A stretch of DNA of 15,871 nt from Granulicella sp. Its GTDB lineage: Bacteria > Acidobacteriota > Terriglobia > Terriglobales > Acidobacteriaceae. Below, piece by piece: positions 7,581 through 15,871 of the stretch. The stretch is taken from assembly GCA_027339965.1 (NCBI GenBank), contig DAHWNL010000084.1, forward strand, positions 1 through 15,871. The letters are read 5' to 3'. The notes below the pieces were generated by a model. The model searched no databases and was not told the DNA's origin. It was given only the letters and a program-made list of their open reading frames with translations. The translations under genes were made by a program, and so were the position numbers. The number at the start of each line of letters is the position of its first letter. The stretch's first letter is position 1.

Positions 7581-8419
7581 TCAGTGTGGCATGAAATCGG
7601 CTGCGGTTTTGTCGTTGGCTCCTTTGTCCTTCCCCCAGGTCTTGTACAGGCCGAGGTAGGTGTAGTTTTCAGTCTGGCCGGCGACGGAGTGGCGTAGGCG
7701 AGAAGAAGCTGCAGCCCCGGAATTGTGAAGTGGTAGGCGAAGCCGGCGTCGATGAGCGTGGACGCCTCAGTCTGTGCTGTGGCAAAGCCCTCGCCCGCGT
7801 GGGAGAAGACCTCGATGGAGGCGTCGAGACGGGCATTTACGTTCTTCTGAACGAGAAAGCCGCCGTAGGGAAAGCTTCGGTAGCCGATCGGATGGACGAT
7901 GGTGTACCCCGCGCCGCCATCCACGCCCCAGGTTCCAATTTGCTTGTAGGCCCATACCGGGAGTTTGTACCAGACGCGCCCCACGCCCAGCCCTTCGGAG
8001 TAGTTTCCCGTCGGCATCTCGAACATGGTGAAGGTGCCGATCTGCGGCCTGTCTTTGCGCTCTTTGATCCATGCGATCTTGGCTCCCAGCTCGGTGTCGG
8101 TGAGGCCGACGGCTGAGGGACCGACGCCTCCCGGAGCGTAGACCGGATTGTTGGTCGGGTTCACGGTTCCCCAAGGGAGGATGGCATGGAGCTGAAGCCG
8201 GGGAAGCGCTCCCCAGTTGAACTCAAAGGCGGGACCCGAGGAGTCGAGTTCGGCGGGAGTTCCGTCGACGCCCCCAAAGACGTAGAACTCGTAGTGGCCG
8301 TAATCCACGGGTACCGGATCATCGGTCTGGAACGGCGGACCCGCCTGCGCCAGAGCCTTTGTGGCGCAGAGGAGAACAGGCAGCAGCATGCAGATTGGCG
8401 TAGAGCTTCTTAGAAGCAA
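7581..8419 (-). pseudogene. Secreted/outer-membrane beta-barrel-like protein with a 1-nt frameshift near the C-terminus (pseudogene or sequencing error)
   Basis: Signal peptide (MLLPVLLCATKALA-QAGPPFQTDDP) and alternating aromatic beta-strands. Adding one G after TAC at ~7693 restores YGHSVAGQTENYTYLGLYKTWGKDKGANDKTAADFMPH* (TGA 7583-7581). The unshifted tail to 7409 is S/T/P/R-rich and not protein-like. Start is 8419 (TTG) or 8389 (ATG). Confidence 0.75.
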
Positions 8420-8444
8420 CTCCGGTTCGATTCGATCATCGGAA

Positions 8445-8468
8445 GATCACACACTCTTGAATGTGATC
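8445..8468. promoter_or_regulatory. Inverted repeat GATCACA-N10-TGTGATC, candidate operator
   Basis: Perfect 7-bp arms, 25 nt upstream of the beta-barrel gene's TTG start, in the divergent intergenic region with purA. Confidence 0.4.
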
Positions 8469-8840
8469 GAACAGTTTCGATAACAAGCAATGGTTCTCGG
8501 CGAAGGCATGCGGTTTCTTTTCTGAGGCTCGGCCGAAGAGGTTTTGCAGGACGGGCACAGAGGGCCGCCTCTGATGCATCCGTAGCGGATGTTTCGACCG
8601 GCCGGGCCTACGGAAGCCGGCGCGCTCGATCTCTCGGCGATGCGTGCTGAACGCGGGCCGAGGGATGCCGGCCGCGATTTGTTCCGCGCTATCGGCCGAA
8701 GGGATCTCCCACAGATGAAAGGTATAAAATAAAACAAAGACAGGGTGTAGGTGCTTCACCTGGGGATCGTTGGATATGCGATGCCTGTTCAGGGATCATA
8801 CTGCGCGTCTCCCCTGATTCTTTTTGGAGCCGCTTTCCTC

Positions 8841-10202
8841 GTGAGCCAAACGAAAAGTTCCATCTTGCCGCAACGCCCTTCGGCCGTCATTCTGGGAGCC
8901 CAATGGGGCGATGAGGGCAAGGGCAAGATCGTCGACGTACTGAGCGAAAAATTCGATATTGTGGCCCGCTACGCGGGCGGCCATAATGCGGGCCATACGG
9001 TCATCATTGACGGTCAGAAGTTTGTTCTGCAGCTTATCCCCTGCGGGGTTCTGCGTCCAGGTTGCACGGGGGTCATTGGCAATGGGGTGGTGTTGGACCC
9101 CATGGCGTTCCTGAGCGAGGTGCAAAAGCTGCGCGCCGCCGGCGTGCATGTCGACGGAAACCTTTTCATCTCGAACCGCGCCCAGGTCATCCTGCCCTAC
9201 CACCGGATGATTGAGTTGGCTGCCGAAACCGCTCCTGGCCGTCAAACCATCGGGACCACCCGCCGCGGAATTGGCCCCGCCTACGAGGACAAGATCCACC
9301 GTAATGGTCTGCGAGTCGTTGATCTGCTCAATCCCTCGCTGCTACGCACCCACATTCATAACGCCTGCCACGAGAAGAACACTATCGCCCACGCGCTGTT
9401 TGGCACCGAGCCTCTGGACCCCAGGCAGATGTACGAGGAGTACGCCCGGGCCGCCGAGCAGATTGCACCGTTTGTGACAGACACTTCTTACTTGCTGAAT
9501 CATGCCCTTACCGTTGGCCAGAACATCATGTTTGAGGGCGCTCAGGGGGCCTTGCTCGACATCGACCACGGCACCTACCCGTTTGTCACCAGTTCTTCAG
9601 CCACCGCGGGCGGCGCCGTTACCGGCACTGGGGTAGGCCCCCGCCATGTCGGGACGGTGATCGGAGTTACCAAGGCGTATGTGACGCGCGTGGGGGAAGG
9701 TCCGTTTCCCACCGAGATCGAGGGGGAAGCCGCCGAACTGCTTCGCGCCCGGGGCATGGAGTACGGAGCCGTTACGGGACGCCCGCGCCGCTGTGGCTGG
9801 CTCGATATCCCTTTGCTGCGCTACTCCAACATGATCAACTCCACACAATGGTTGGTGGTCACCAAAATGGATGTTCTGGATGCGTGCGACGAGATACCGG
9901 TATGCACCGCCTATGAGATCGATGGCAAGGAGACGAATATCATCCCCGCCGATGTTCGCGGCTTCGAATCGATTCATCCCGTGTATACCAAGTTGAAGGG
10001 ATGGCGGTGCTCCACGGAGGGAATCACGGAGTACGGCCAACTCCCCAAGCCGGCGCAGCAATATCTTGAGTTCCTCGAACGCGAGAGCGGCGCCAAAATC
10101 GGCATCATCTCCACGGGGCCGGATCGCGGCCAAACCATCACCATGCCGGAGTTCGAAGATCTGTTTGCACGAAAAGGTCAACCCTCTTCTGATAAGATTT
10201 GA
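8841..10202 (+). CDS. purA: Adenylosuccinate synthetase
   Basis: GAQWGDEGKGKIVD, GGHNAGHT, IGTTRRGIGPAYEDK, FEGAQG, DIDHGTYPFVTSS and EYGAVTGRPRRCGWLD. GTG 8841 chosen (GGAG at 8826-8829); the start is approximate. Confidence 0.97.
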   Translation: MSQTKSSILPQRPSAVILGAQWGDEGKGKIVDVLSEKFDIVARYAGGHNAGHTVIIDGQKFVLQLIPCGVLRPGCTGVIGNGVVLDPMAFLSEVQKLRAAGVHVDGNLFISNRAQVILPYHRMIELAAETAPGRQTIGTTRRGIGPAYEDKIHRNGLRVVDLLNPSLLRTHIHNACHEKNTIAHALFGTEPLDPRQMYEEYARAAEQIAPFVTDTSYLLNHALTVGQNIMFEGAQGALLDIDHGTYPFVTSSSATAGGAVTGTGVGPRHVGTVIGVTKAYVTRVGEGPFPTEIEGEAAELLRARGMEYGAVTGRPRRCGWLDIPLLRYSNMINSTQWLVVTKMDVLDACDEIPVCTAYEIDGKETNIIPADVRGFESIHPVYTKLKGWRCSTEGITEYGQLPKPAQQYLEFLERESGAKIGIISTGPDRGQTITMPEFEDLFARKGQPSSDKI

Positions 10203-10275
10203 TTTCTCCGGCATCTTCCCAGCTCGGTCTTCGCTGGATCTTCCTTCTACCTGCTTCTTCTCCTGGATGTTCAAG

Positions 10276-10563
10276 ATGATCAGCTTTACTGTACGCATGA
10301 CCTTTCGTTCCGAGGACCGCGATGAAATCCACCGGATTCTGCGCGAGCTCACTCGCCTTACCCGGCAGGAGGAAGGTTGCCTCACCTATATCCCTCACTT
10401 TGTCGAGAGCGATCCGGAGACGGTCGTCATCTACGAGCAATACCGCGACGAGGCCGCGGCGGAGTTTCACCGCTCCACGCCACACTTTGCAAGGTATGCC
10501 GTTGGTGGTCTTTACCAGCGCATGCTGGACCGTCAGGTTGAGGATCTCACCGCCCTGGCATGA
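10276..10563 (+). CDS. Antibiotic biosynthesis monooxygenase (ABM) / putative quinol monooxygenase family protein
   Basis: 95 aa with the TRQEEGCLTY...VIYEQYRDEAAAEFHRSTPHF ABM signature. Start is 10276 or 10267. Confidence 0.85.
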   Translation: MISFTVRMTFRSEDRDEIHRILRELTRLTRQEEGCLTYIPHFVESDPETVVIYEQYRDEAAAEFHRSTPHFARYAVGGLYQRMLDRQVEDLTALA

Positions 10564-10843
10564 ACCGGCACGGCCGGGCCCCGACGGTATCGGCGGATCG
10601 GTTGCAGCCGCAGAGCCAAGGAGTCCCTCTGCTGAAGTCGCAAGGAAGCCATCTGTGCTCCAGGGTTCGCAAGCCGGCAGGCTGTGGTTTGAAAAGCAAA
10701 GGCTCATCGAATCCCGAGAACGCTGAGTTTGGCAGTGCGCCAGGTTCGTTGGGGCTTTGACGCGATGTGGGCGGCTCGGCTAACATGCGGGTACGCTGGC
10801 CGTTGGGGCGTCCATGCGGAGAGCCATGCGAAGATGGTTGCGA

Positions 10844-11332
10844 ATGCGTATTCGATCGCTCGTGTTGACCGCCCTCGTGGCGGCGACGCCGGTCTTCACT
10901 CTTGCCCAGACCAACGGGCGCCGGGAGCACAAGCGGCTTGAACACGCCCAGGTCGTTGCGCTGGAGCATCACTGGCGGCAGGCGGTGCTCTCCAACGATG
11001 TCTCCGGCATGGATAGACTGCTGTCTGACGACTACCTGGGAATTACCTCGGATGGCGAAGTCCTGACCAAAGCACAGCAGCTGGATCGGATGCGGGAGCG
11101 CACTTTGGTCATCACCCAGTTAGACACTTCGGAGACCAAAATCAAGCTTATCGGCAGGATTGCCATTGTTACCTGTCTCGCTCACGTCAAAGGCTCCTCA
11201 AACGGCAGTTCCATCGACGGCGCTTACCGCTATACCCGGGTCTATCAAAGGCTGCCCGGAGGGGAGTGGCAGGTAACCAACTTTGAGGCTACGCCGGCTT
11301 TGAGACTTCGTGCCGCGGCGAAGCTGCAATAG
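10844..11332 (+). CDS. Secreted NTF2-like / DUF4440 family protein
   Basis: Signal peptide MRIRSLVLTALVAATPVFTLA, then LEHHWRQAVLSNDVSGMDRLLSDDYLGITSDGEVLTKAQQL...YRYTRVYQR..GEWQV. Alternative starts at 10814 and 10826. Confidence 0.82.
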   Translation: MRIRSLVLTALVAATPVFTLAQTNGRREHKRLEHAQVVALEHHWRQAVLSNDVSGMDRLLSDDYLGITSDGEVLTKAQQLDRMRERTLVITQLDTSETKIKLIGRIAIVTCLAHVKGSSNGSSIDGAYRYTRVYQRLPGGEWQVTNFEATPALRLRAAAKLQ

Positions 11333-11543
11333 AGGTCCTCCAAAGCCGATTGGCGCTGTCGCAGGTCGAGAGAGAACCTTCGATTTCTGCGCAAGCGATT
11401 CAGGAGCGGCCGTAGCCTCAAGCGACTGCGCCCATTCCGCCGCAACGGGCAGGCGGAAGGCGTTGCGCAGAGCTTCCAACGGGCTTCACGTCTTTTATGC
11501 CCGGGAGCAACTTCCCACCAGGAGTTCGCGGAGTATCCTCCTT

Positions 11544-11583
11544 CAGCAAGCCGCTATTCTCCAGCAAGCTGCTATTCTCCAGC
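11544..11583. repeat. 18-bp tandem repeat, about 2.2 copies (CAGCAAGCYGCTATTCTC)
   Basis: 11544-11561 and 11562-11579 differ by one base; a partial third copy CAGC follows. Confidence 0.8.
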
Positions 11584-11593
11584 CGCACAACTG

Positions 11594-11626
11594 TTACGGA
11601 ATACCCAGCTCTGCTGACGATTTCAT
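11594..11626 (-). CDS. Candidate 10-aa micropeptide MKSSAELGIP
   Basis: Strong SD CAGGAGGT then TTT-ATG; TAA at 11596-11594. Support is the SD only. Confidence 0.25.
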   Translation of the reverse strand: MKSSAELGIP

Positions 11627-11943
11627 AAAACCTCCTGAGTTGCCGCCGAGAGACAAACGGTAGCTTGCGAGCGGGAGTTCGAGGGCTACAGGCTCGACGA
11701 TGGGCATGCGCTGGAGCCTCGCCCGGAGAGATTCGTACGAACTTCGGGAGATCACGCGTCAAGGCTGAGAGGATCCCTTTTTCGTGTTGCGTATCGGCTT
11801 CCGTATCTGCTTGCGGATCGAGAGCATTTTCAGCGTAAGTGTAAACAAACGCTTCGACGTCCGTGGGCGTTTTCCCCAATGAAAACGGCACCGCACGCCC
11901 TCTCCGGTGTACCCATCAACGCTGAAAACGCTCTAATGGCGCT

Positions 11944-12327
11944 TTACGCAACCTCGGCGTGGATCCTCGCTGTAGGGGTTGTTATTCGAGCGTTCTCTCT
12001 TTTCAGATAGTCCTGAACGATGTTCAATCCCTGAAGACGACGATCCAAAGATCGAGTTTCGCCGGTGAGTTGCGCATCCTCTGACTCATTTCCAGTGCCG
12101 TCGCGTTGCAACAAACCGGATCGCGGATCGGCCGCGCCATCCTGAGGCTGAATCAGGGTGTTTGCAGCAAATGGTTTTGTCCAGGCCGCGTGACCATAGT
12201 CCGCAATCGACGGCGGCATTCGCGTCACTTCCATCCTGGGAATCGGTCGATTTTTTTCCTGGAACGTTCGTTGCACCTCGCCGGGCGCCGTTATCTCTCG
12301 GGGTGAATCTACCCGCTGCGTCATCAT
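11944..12327 (-). CDS. Hypothetical protein (~127 aa)
   Basis: GGGAGGT SD before tandem ATGATG (12327/12324). Hydrophilic, with a C-terminal amphipathic-looking segment RRLQGLNIVQDYLKRENARI. Co-oriented downstream of the HIT gene. Confidence 0.5.
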   Translation of the reverse strand: MMTQRVDSPREITAPGEVQRTFQEKNRPIPRMEVTRMPPSIADYGHAAWTKPFAANTLIQPQDGAADPRSGLLQRDGTGNESEDAQLTGETRSLDRRLQGLNIVQDYLKRENARITTPTARIHAEVA

Positions 12328-12458
12328 GCACCTCCCTGGAACTTTGGTTGGCGAACGCATTCGTTAATCGTGTCAGACGGCTGGCCGCCGCCTGGAGTTG
12401 TACGGATGCGGTGAGAGGTTGCGCAGAGCCAGACAGAATGAACCCGATCGACCCTCCC

Positions 12459-13043
12459 TCAGCGAGGTTCCAGGGTATCGGCGGCCATGGCCTCGCGTAT
12501 TCTCTGCCAGCTCTGTTCGAGGCTCTCTGGCAGGATCCTCGTCCCTGCCAGTACCGTCATGGAGTTGGTGTCCCCCAGCCAGCGGGGAACCGCGTGGAGA
12601 TGAAGGTGCTCGGCTACGCCGGCGCCGGCAGCCTTGCCCAGATTCAAGCCGAAGTTCTGGCCGTGAGGCTGGTAAGCCGCGCGAAGAACCCGTTCGACTT
12701 TGCGCGCCATGCGCAGCATCTCCTCGGCCTCCTCCAGGGGCAGCCCGGCCAGGCTCGGCTCGTGCCGGTAGGGGACCACCATCAGGTGTCCGCTGTTGTA
12801 GGGGAAGGCATTCAGAACCACAAAACAGCTCGTCCCGCGCTCCAGGAGGTAGACGGAGGCCTCTGCCTTCGTACGCGCCATCCCATTCTCCACGGCATAG
12901 TCCACAGCCGCAATCATGTTGCAGAAGACACAATGGGTCTCTCCCGGCCATGCCGAAAGGGCCTCAGGCACGCCAAGCTTCGGCCGGGCAGGGTCGGAGC
13001 CGGTCACGTATTGATAGCGCCAAGGGGTATAGAGATACTCCAT
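12459..13043 (-). CDS. HIT family protein (FHIT/Ap4A phosphorylase-like)
   Basis: MEYLYTPWRYQYV, CVFC, LNAFPYNSGHLMVVP, NFGLNLGKAAGAG and histidine triad HLHLHAVPRW-GDTN. Start 13043 preferred over the track start 13499. Confidence 0.93.
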   Translation of the reverse strand: MEYLYTPWRYQYVTGSDPARPKLGVPEALSAWPGETHCVFCNMIAAVDYAVENGMARTKAEASVYLLERGTSCFVVLNAFPYNSGHLMVVPYRHEPSLAGLPLEEAEEMLRMARKVERVLRAAYQPHGQNFGLNLGKAAGAGVAEHLHLHAVPRWLGDTNSMTVLAGTRILPESLEQSWQRIREAMAADTLEPR

Positions 13044-13049
13044 GGAAGC

Positions 13050-13055
13050 AGTATA
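13050..13055 (-). promoter_or_regulatory. -10 element TATACT, leaderless promoter candidate for the HIT gene
   Basis: TATACT-GCTTCC-ATG with no SD. Confidence 0.55.
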
Positions 13056-13296
13056 GGTGGCTGCCGGGCAGACTCTGCCGGCCATGCGGTCGCGGGGCGT
13101 CCAAGCCGGGCCGGCCGAGCGAGAGATCCGGAGCCCCTTCCCGACGGTATCGCGTGAAATCTCTCGATGCTTTGGGGGCTTCGCGGAGACCTTCGCTGCG
13201 CACCTTGCTTCAGGGCGCTGCTCCTGCGCAAGCGGCCTTTGGTGTGCCCAACCCGGGACTTGAGTGGAGCGTAAGGGGCTGGAGGGAGGACCGGCG

Positions 13297-13315
13297 ACGC
13301 ATGGTGACCATGCGT
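13297..13315. promoter_or_regulatory. 19-bp palindrome ACGCATGGT-G-ACCATGCGT
   Basis: Perfect 9-bp arms with a 1-nt centre, in the HIT/rpsA divergent intergenic region. Confidence 0.4.
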
Positions 13316-13412
13316 GAAGGCGGAGGACTGCGGAGCGAGTGAAGAGCGCAGAACCCAGCCGCGCGGAAGGAAGCGTCGAGAGGATCGAATGGCCGATGTT
13401 CGACCGGTTGCG

Positions 13413-13442
13413 TTGACCCGTGGACCAAGGCGCTGCTAAACT
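13413..13442 (+). promoter_or_regulatory. sigma70-type promoter of rpsA
   Basis: TTGACC (13413-13418), 18 nt, TAAACT (13437-13442), with extended -10 TG at 13434-13435. Confidence 0.65.
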
Positions 13443-13635
13443 CTTCATTGAGAGACTGCGAGCGGGATCCAGTCGTAGGCTCTCATCTGGACGCTTCACC
13501 TCACTCCCGCTGACATCCTCAGGAACAGGTCGAACCCGAAAGGGAGCGGACGACTGCCGCTTTCATGCGGTTTGCCAGCCAGCCGATGCGAGCGCCAGGG
13601 GAGCGGGAACTGGACCCCGGAGCAGTCTTATTTCC

Positions 13636-15612
13636 ATGGCCGACCACGACCACAACTTCTTTCATTCCGAGAGTAACGTCCTGAACACTACACTGGAATC
13701 GCCCGCCCCCGAACTCCCCAATGAGACCGCAACGCAGGAAGTTGCGGTGACCAACGACTATCCCTCTAACCCCGGTATTCCCGTCGCCAAGGATGCCGTC
13801 CAGCCGACAATGACTGAGCAGGCAAGTTCCGTCGAGATCCCTACCGAGCCGGAACCCGAGTACGACGCCGAGGACTTTGCCAAGGCGCTGGAGAGCTTTG
13901 ACCGCGAGCAGGCCGCAGAAAAAGATGCGGCGCAGGCGCTCACCGCGGAGGAGGCGATTGTCACCGGCACGCTTGTCAAGATCACCGACAAACACGCGGT
14001 GGTTGACATCGGTCTCAAGTCGGAGGGTTTGATTCCGCTGGAGCAGATTCTGGACCACACTGGCGCGCCGAAGTTCAACATCGGCGATGTGGTCGAAGTC
14101 ATCGTGGAGCGCGAGGAGAAGGAAGGGGGCTACCTTGTCAGCTACGAGAAGGCCTTGCGTCACAAGGTTTGGGACAAGCTCGAGGACGCGGCGAACACCA
14201 AGACGCCGGTCAAAGGGCTGGTTGTGAGCCGGGTTAAAGGCGGCCTCACAGTCGATATTGGGATCAAGGCGTTCCTCCCCGGCTCCCAGGTTGAAGTTCG
14301 TCCGGTTCGCAATCTGGACGGCTACATTGGCACGGAGATTGAAGTCCGCGTCATCAAGTTGAACAAGAAGCGGGGCAACGTGGTGATCTCCCGCAAGGAG
14401 ATCCTCGAAGAGGAGCAGAGCGCCAAGAAGTCAATCACGCTGGCAACGCTGGAAGAGGGTTCCGTCTTTACCGGTGTGGTAAAGAACCTGACTGATTACG
14501 GTGCCTTTGTGGATATGGGTGGGCTGGACGGCCTGCTGCACATCACCGACATGAGCTGGGGACGGCTGACCCATCCTCGCGACCTGGTGAATGTAGGGGA
14601 TGAGATTCAGGTCAAGGTTCTGAAGTTTGATAGGGAAAAGCAGCGGGTTTCGCTTGGCTTCAAGCAGCTTTCTCCCGATCCATGGCTGGATGCTGTAGAG
14701 CGTTATCCGGTAGGAGCTCACGTCCGCGGCAGGGTCCTTTCCGTCACGGATTATGGCTCGTTTGTCGAGCTTGAGCAGGGCATTGAAGGCTTGGTTCACG
14801 TCTCTGAGATGACCTGGTCCAAGCGGATGAAGCATCCCTCCAAGTTGGTCAAGCCTGGTGACGAGGTGGAGACCATTATCTTGTCGGTTAACCCGACGGA
14901 TCGGCGCATCTCGCTAGGCATGAAGCAGTTGCAGGAGAATCCCTGGGAGCAACTGGAGGAGAAGTATCCGATCGGCGCGGTCATCGAGGGCCGGGTCCGC
15001 AATCTTACCGACTTCGGAGCCTTCATCGAGATTGAAGACGGCATTGACGGTCTGGTGCATGTCTCCAATTTGAGCTGGACCAAGCGGATCAAGCATCCCT
15101 CTGAGGTGTTGAAAAAGGGGGAGAAGGTCAAGGCTGTGGTTCTGGGCGTTGAGCCGGAGAACCGTCGCCTTTCGCTGGGCTGCAAACAACTGCAGCCCGA
15201 TGTCTGGGAGACGTTCTTTGTCCAGCATCGGGTCGGCGATGTCATTAACGGCAAGGTTCTGCGCACCGCGCAGTTCGGCGCCTTCGTCGAGATTGCCGAA
15301 GGAATTGAGGGCCTCTGTCACATCTCCGAGGCGGTCGATCAGAACGGCAAGCAGGTATCCCTTCAGATTGGCGATGAGCACGAGTTCAAGATCGTCAAGA
15401 TGAATCAGGAAGAGAAAAAGGTCGGCCTCTCCATCAAAGCCATCGGCGAAGAGGCGACGCGGGCTGAGGTAGAAAGCTACAAGGAGTCCAGCAAGGGCAA
15501 AGTTGGCAAGACGCAGGGAGGCGCATCTTCCAGCGCCAATGCCGGCAGCACCACGCTGGGTGACCTGCTCAAGTGGAAGCAGTCCGAGATCGAGGGCGAG
15601 GATCACGACTAA
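13636..15612 (+). CDS. rpsA: 30S ribosomal protein S1
   Basis: Six S1 OB-fold repeats (VDIGLKSEG, AFLPGSQV, YGAFVDMGGLDGLLHITDMSW, EGLVHVSEM, DGLVHVSNL, EGLCHISE). ATG 13636 gives 658 aa with an acidic N-terminal extension. Confidence 0.97.
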   Translation: MADHDHNFFHSESNVLNTTLESPAPELPNETATQEVAVTNDYPSNPGIPVAKDAVQPTMTEQASSVEIPTEPEPEYDAEDFAKALESFDREQAAEKDAAQALTAEEAIVTGTLVKITDKHAVVDIGLKSEGLIPLEQILDHTGAPKFNIGDVVEVIVEREEKEGGYLVSYEKALRHKVWDKLEDAANTKTPVKGLVVSRVKGGLTVDIGIKAFLPGSQVEVRPVRNLDGYIGTEIEVRVIKLNKKRGNVVISRKEILEEEQSAKKSITLATLEEGSVFTGVVKNLTDYGAFVDMGGLDGLLHITDMSWGRLTHPRDLVNVGDEIQVKVLKFDREKQRVSLGFKQLSPDPWLDAVERYPVGAHVRGRVLSVTDYGSFVELEQGIEGLVHVSEMTWSKRMKHPSKLVKPGDEVETIILSVNPTDRRISLGMKQLQENPWEQLEEKYPIGAVIEGRVRNLTDFGAFIEIEDGIDGLVHVSNLSWTKRIKHPSEVLKKGEKVKAVVLGVEPENRRLSLGCKQLQPDVWETFFVQHRVGDVINGKVLRTAQFGAFVEIAEGIEGLCHISEAVDQNGKQVSLQIGDEHEFKIVKMNQEEKKVGLSIKAIGEEATRAEVESYKESSKGKVGKTQGGASSSANAGSTTLGDLLKWKQSEIEGEDHD

Positions 15613-15640
15613 GAGCCTTTGAACCCACCGTTCCTCTCAA

Positions 15641-15672
15641 TTCAATGGCCGCCCATCCGGGCGGCCATTGAA
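15641..15672 (+). terminator. 14-bp perfect hairpin downstream of rpsA
   Basis: TTCAATGGCCGCCC-ATCC-GGGCGGCCATTGAA, 28 nt after the stop, without a long U tract. Confidence 0.7.
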
Positions 15673-15871
15673 CGTATTGAGATCAGCCTTTCCGAGAGGG
15701 TGTATCTCCCAAAAGGCAGTAAAGCTCTCCGACGGAAGTTCCCTCGCAATTTGGGGACACTTTCAGGTAGAAGTGGATGAATGAGCGAAGGTTGGCCAAG
15801 TTGGAGGTCTGCTGGGGGCCTGCCTACAGTTTGGGCAGGGTAAGTTTGAGGGCCTGCAGAATCAGCTTTTG

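Noticed and set aside
10600..10700. Possible structured RNA between the ABM and DUF4440 genes (GCAGAG..CTCTGC stem, GCAA loops)
   Set aside because: Short stems only, with no recognisable riboswitch or ncRNA consensus.
11544..11583. 18-bp repeats as a CRISPR array
   Set aside because: Directly tandem with no spacers, too short, and no cas genes.
11418..11891. 157-aa minus-strand ORF
   Set aside because: GTG start without SD, atypical composition and no motif; not excluded but unsupported.
10580..13152. Shared 13-mer CCCGACGGTATCG in two intergenic regions (10580 and 13140)
   Set aside because: A few 13-nt matches are expected by chance in 16 kb of GC-rich DNA, and the match does not extend.
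13525..13555. SRP RNA (ffs)-like CCC-GAAA-GGG-AGC hairpin
   Set aside because: It lacks the CAGG/AGCA internal loop adjacent to the stem and the long enclosing helix; better explained as part of the rpsA leader.

Overview
GC-rich bacterial window, probably Acidobacteriota (inferred from protein style, not verified). The left half (1-8470) looks accessory. It holds the 3' end of an unknown gene, a decayed IS481-family remnant, and a tightly coupled minus-strand four-gene cassette: a short CysE/WcaB-like left-handed beta-helix acyltransferase, a large FkbH-like HAD-IIIC protein, an acyl carrier protein and a methylmalonyl-CoA-epimerase-like VOC enzyme. It also holds a divergent arsenic locus (arsR <> arsM-arsC-acr3) and a secreted, beta-barrel-like gene broken by a 1-nt frameshift. 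The right half is mostly housekeeping: purA, an ABM/quinol-monooxygenase-like protein, a secreted NTF2/DUF4440-like protein, a small orphan, a HIT hydrolase and rpsA with a long structured leader. The best candidate for an undescribed system is the FkbH-ACP-VOC-acyltransferase cassette, which has no PKS/NRPS in the window. It could load glycerate from 1,3-bisphosphoglycerate onto an ACP, epimerise or modify it at C2, and transfer it to an unknown acceptor. All family calls come from motif recognition by eye; no searches were run.
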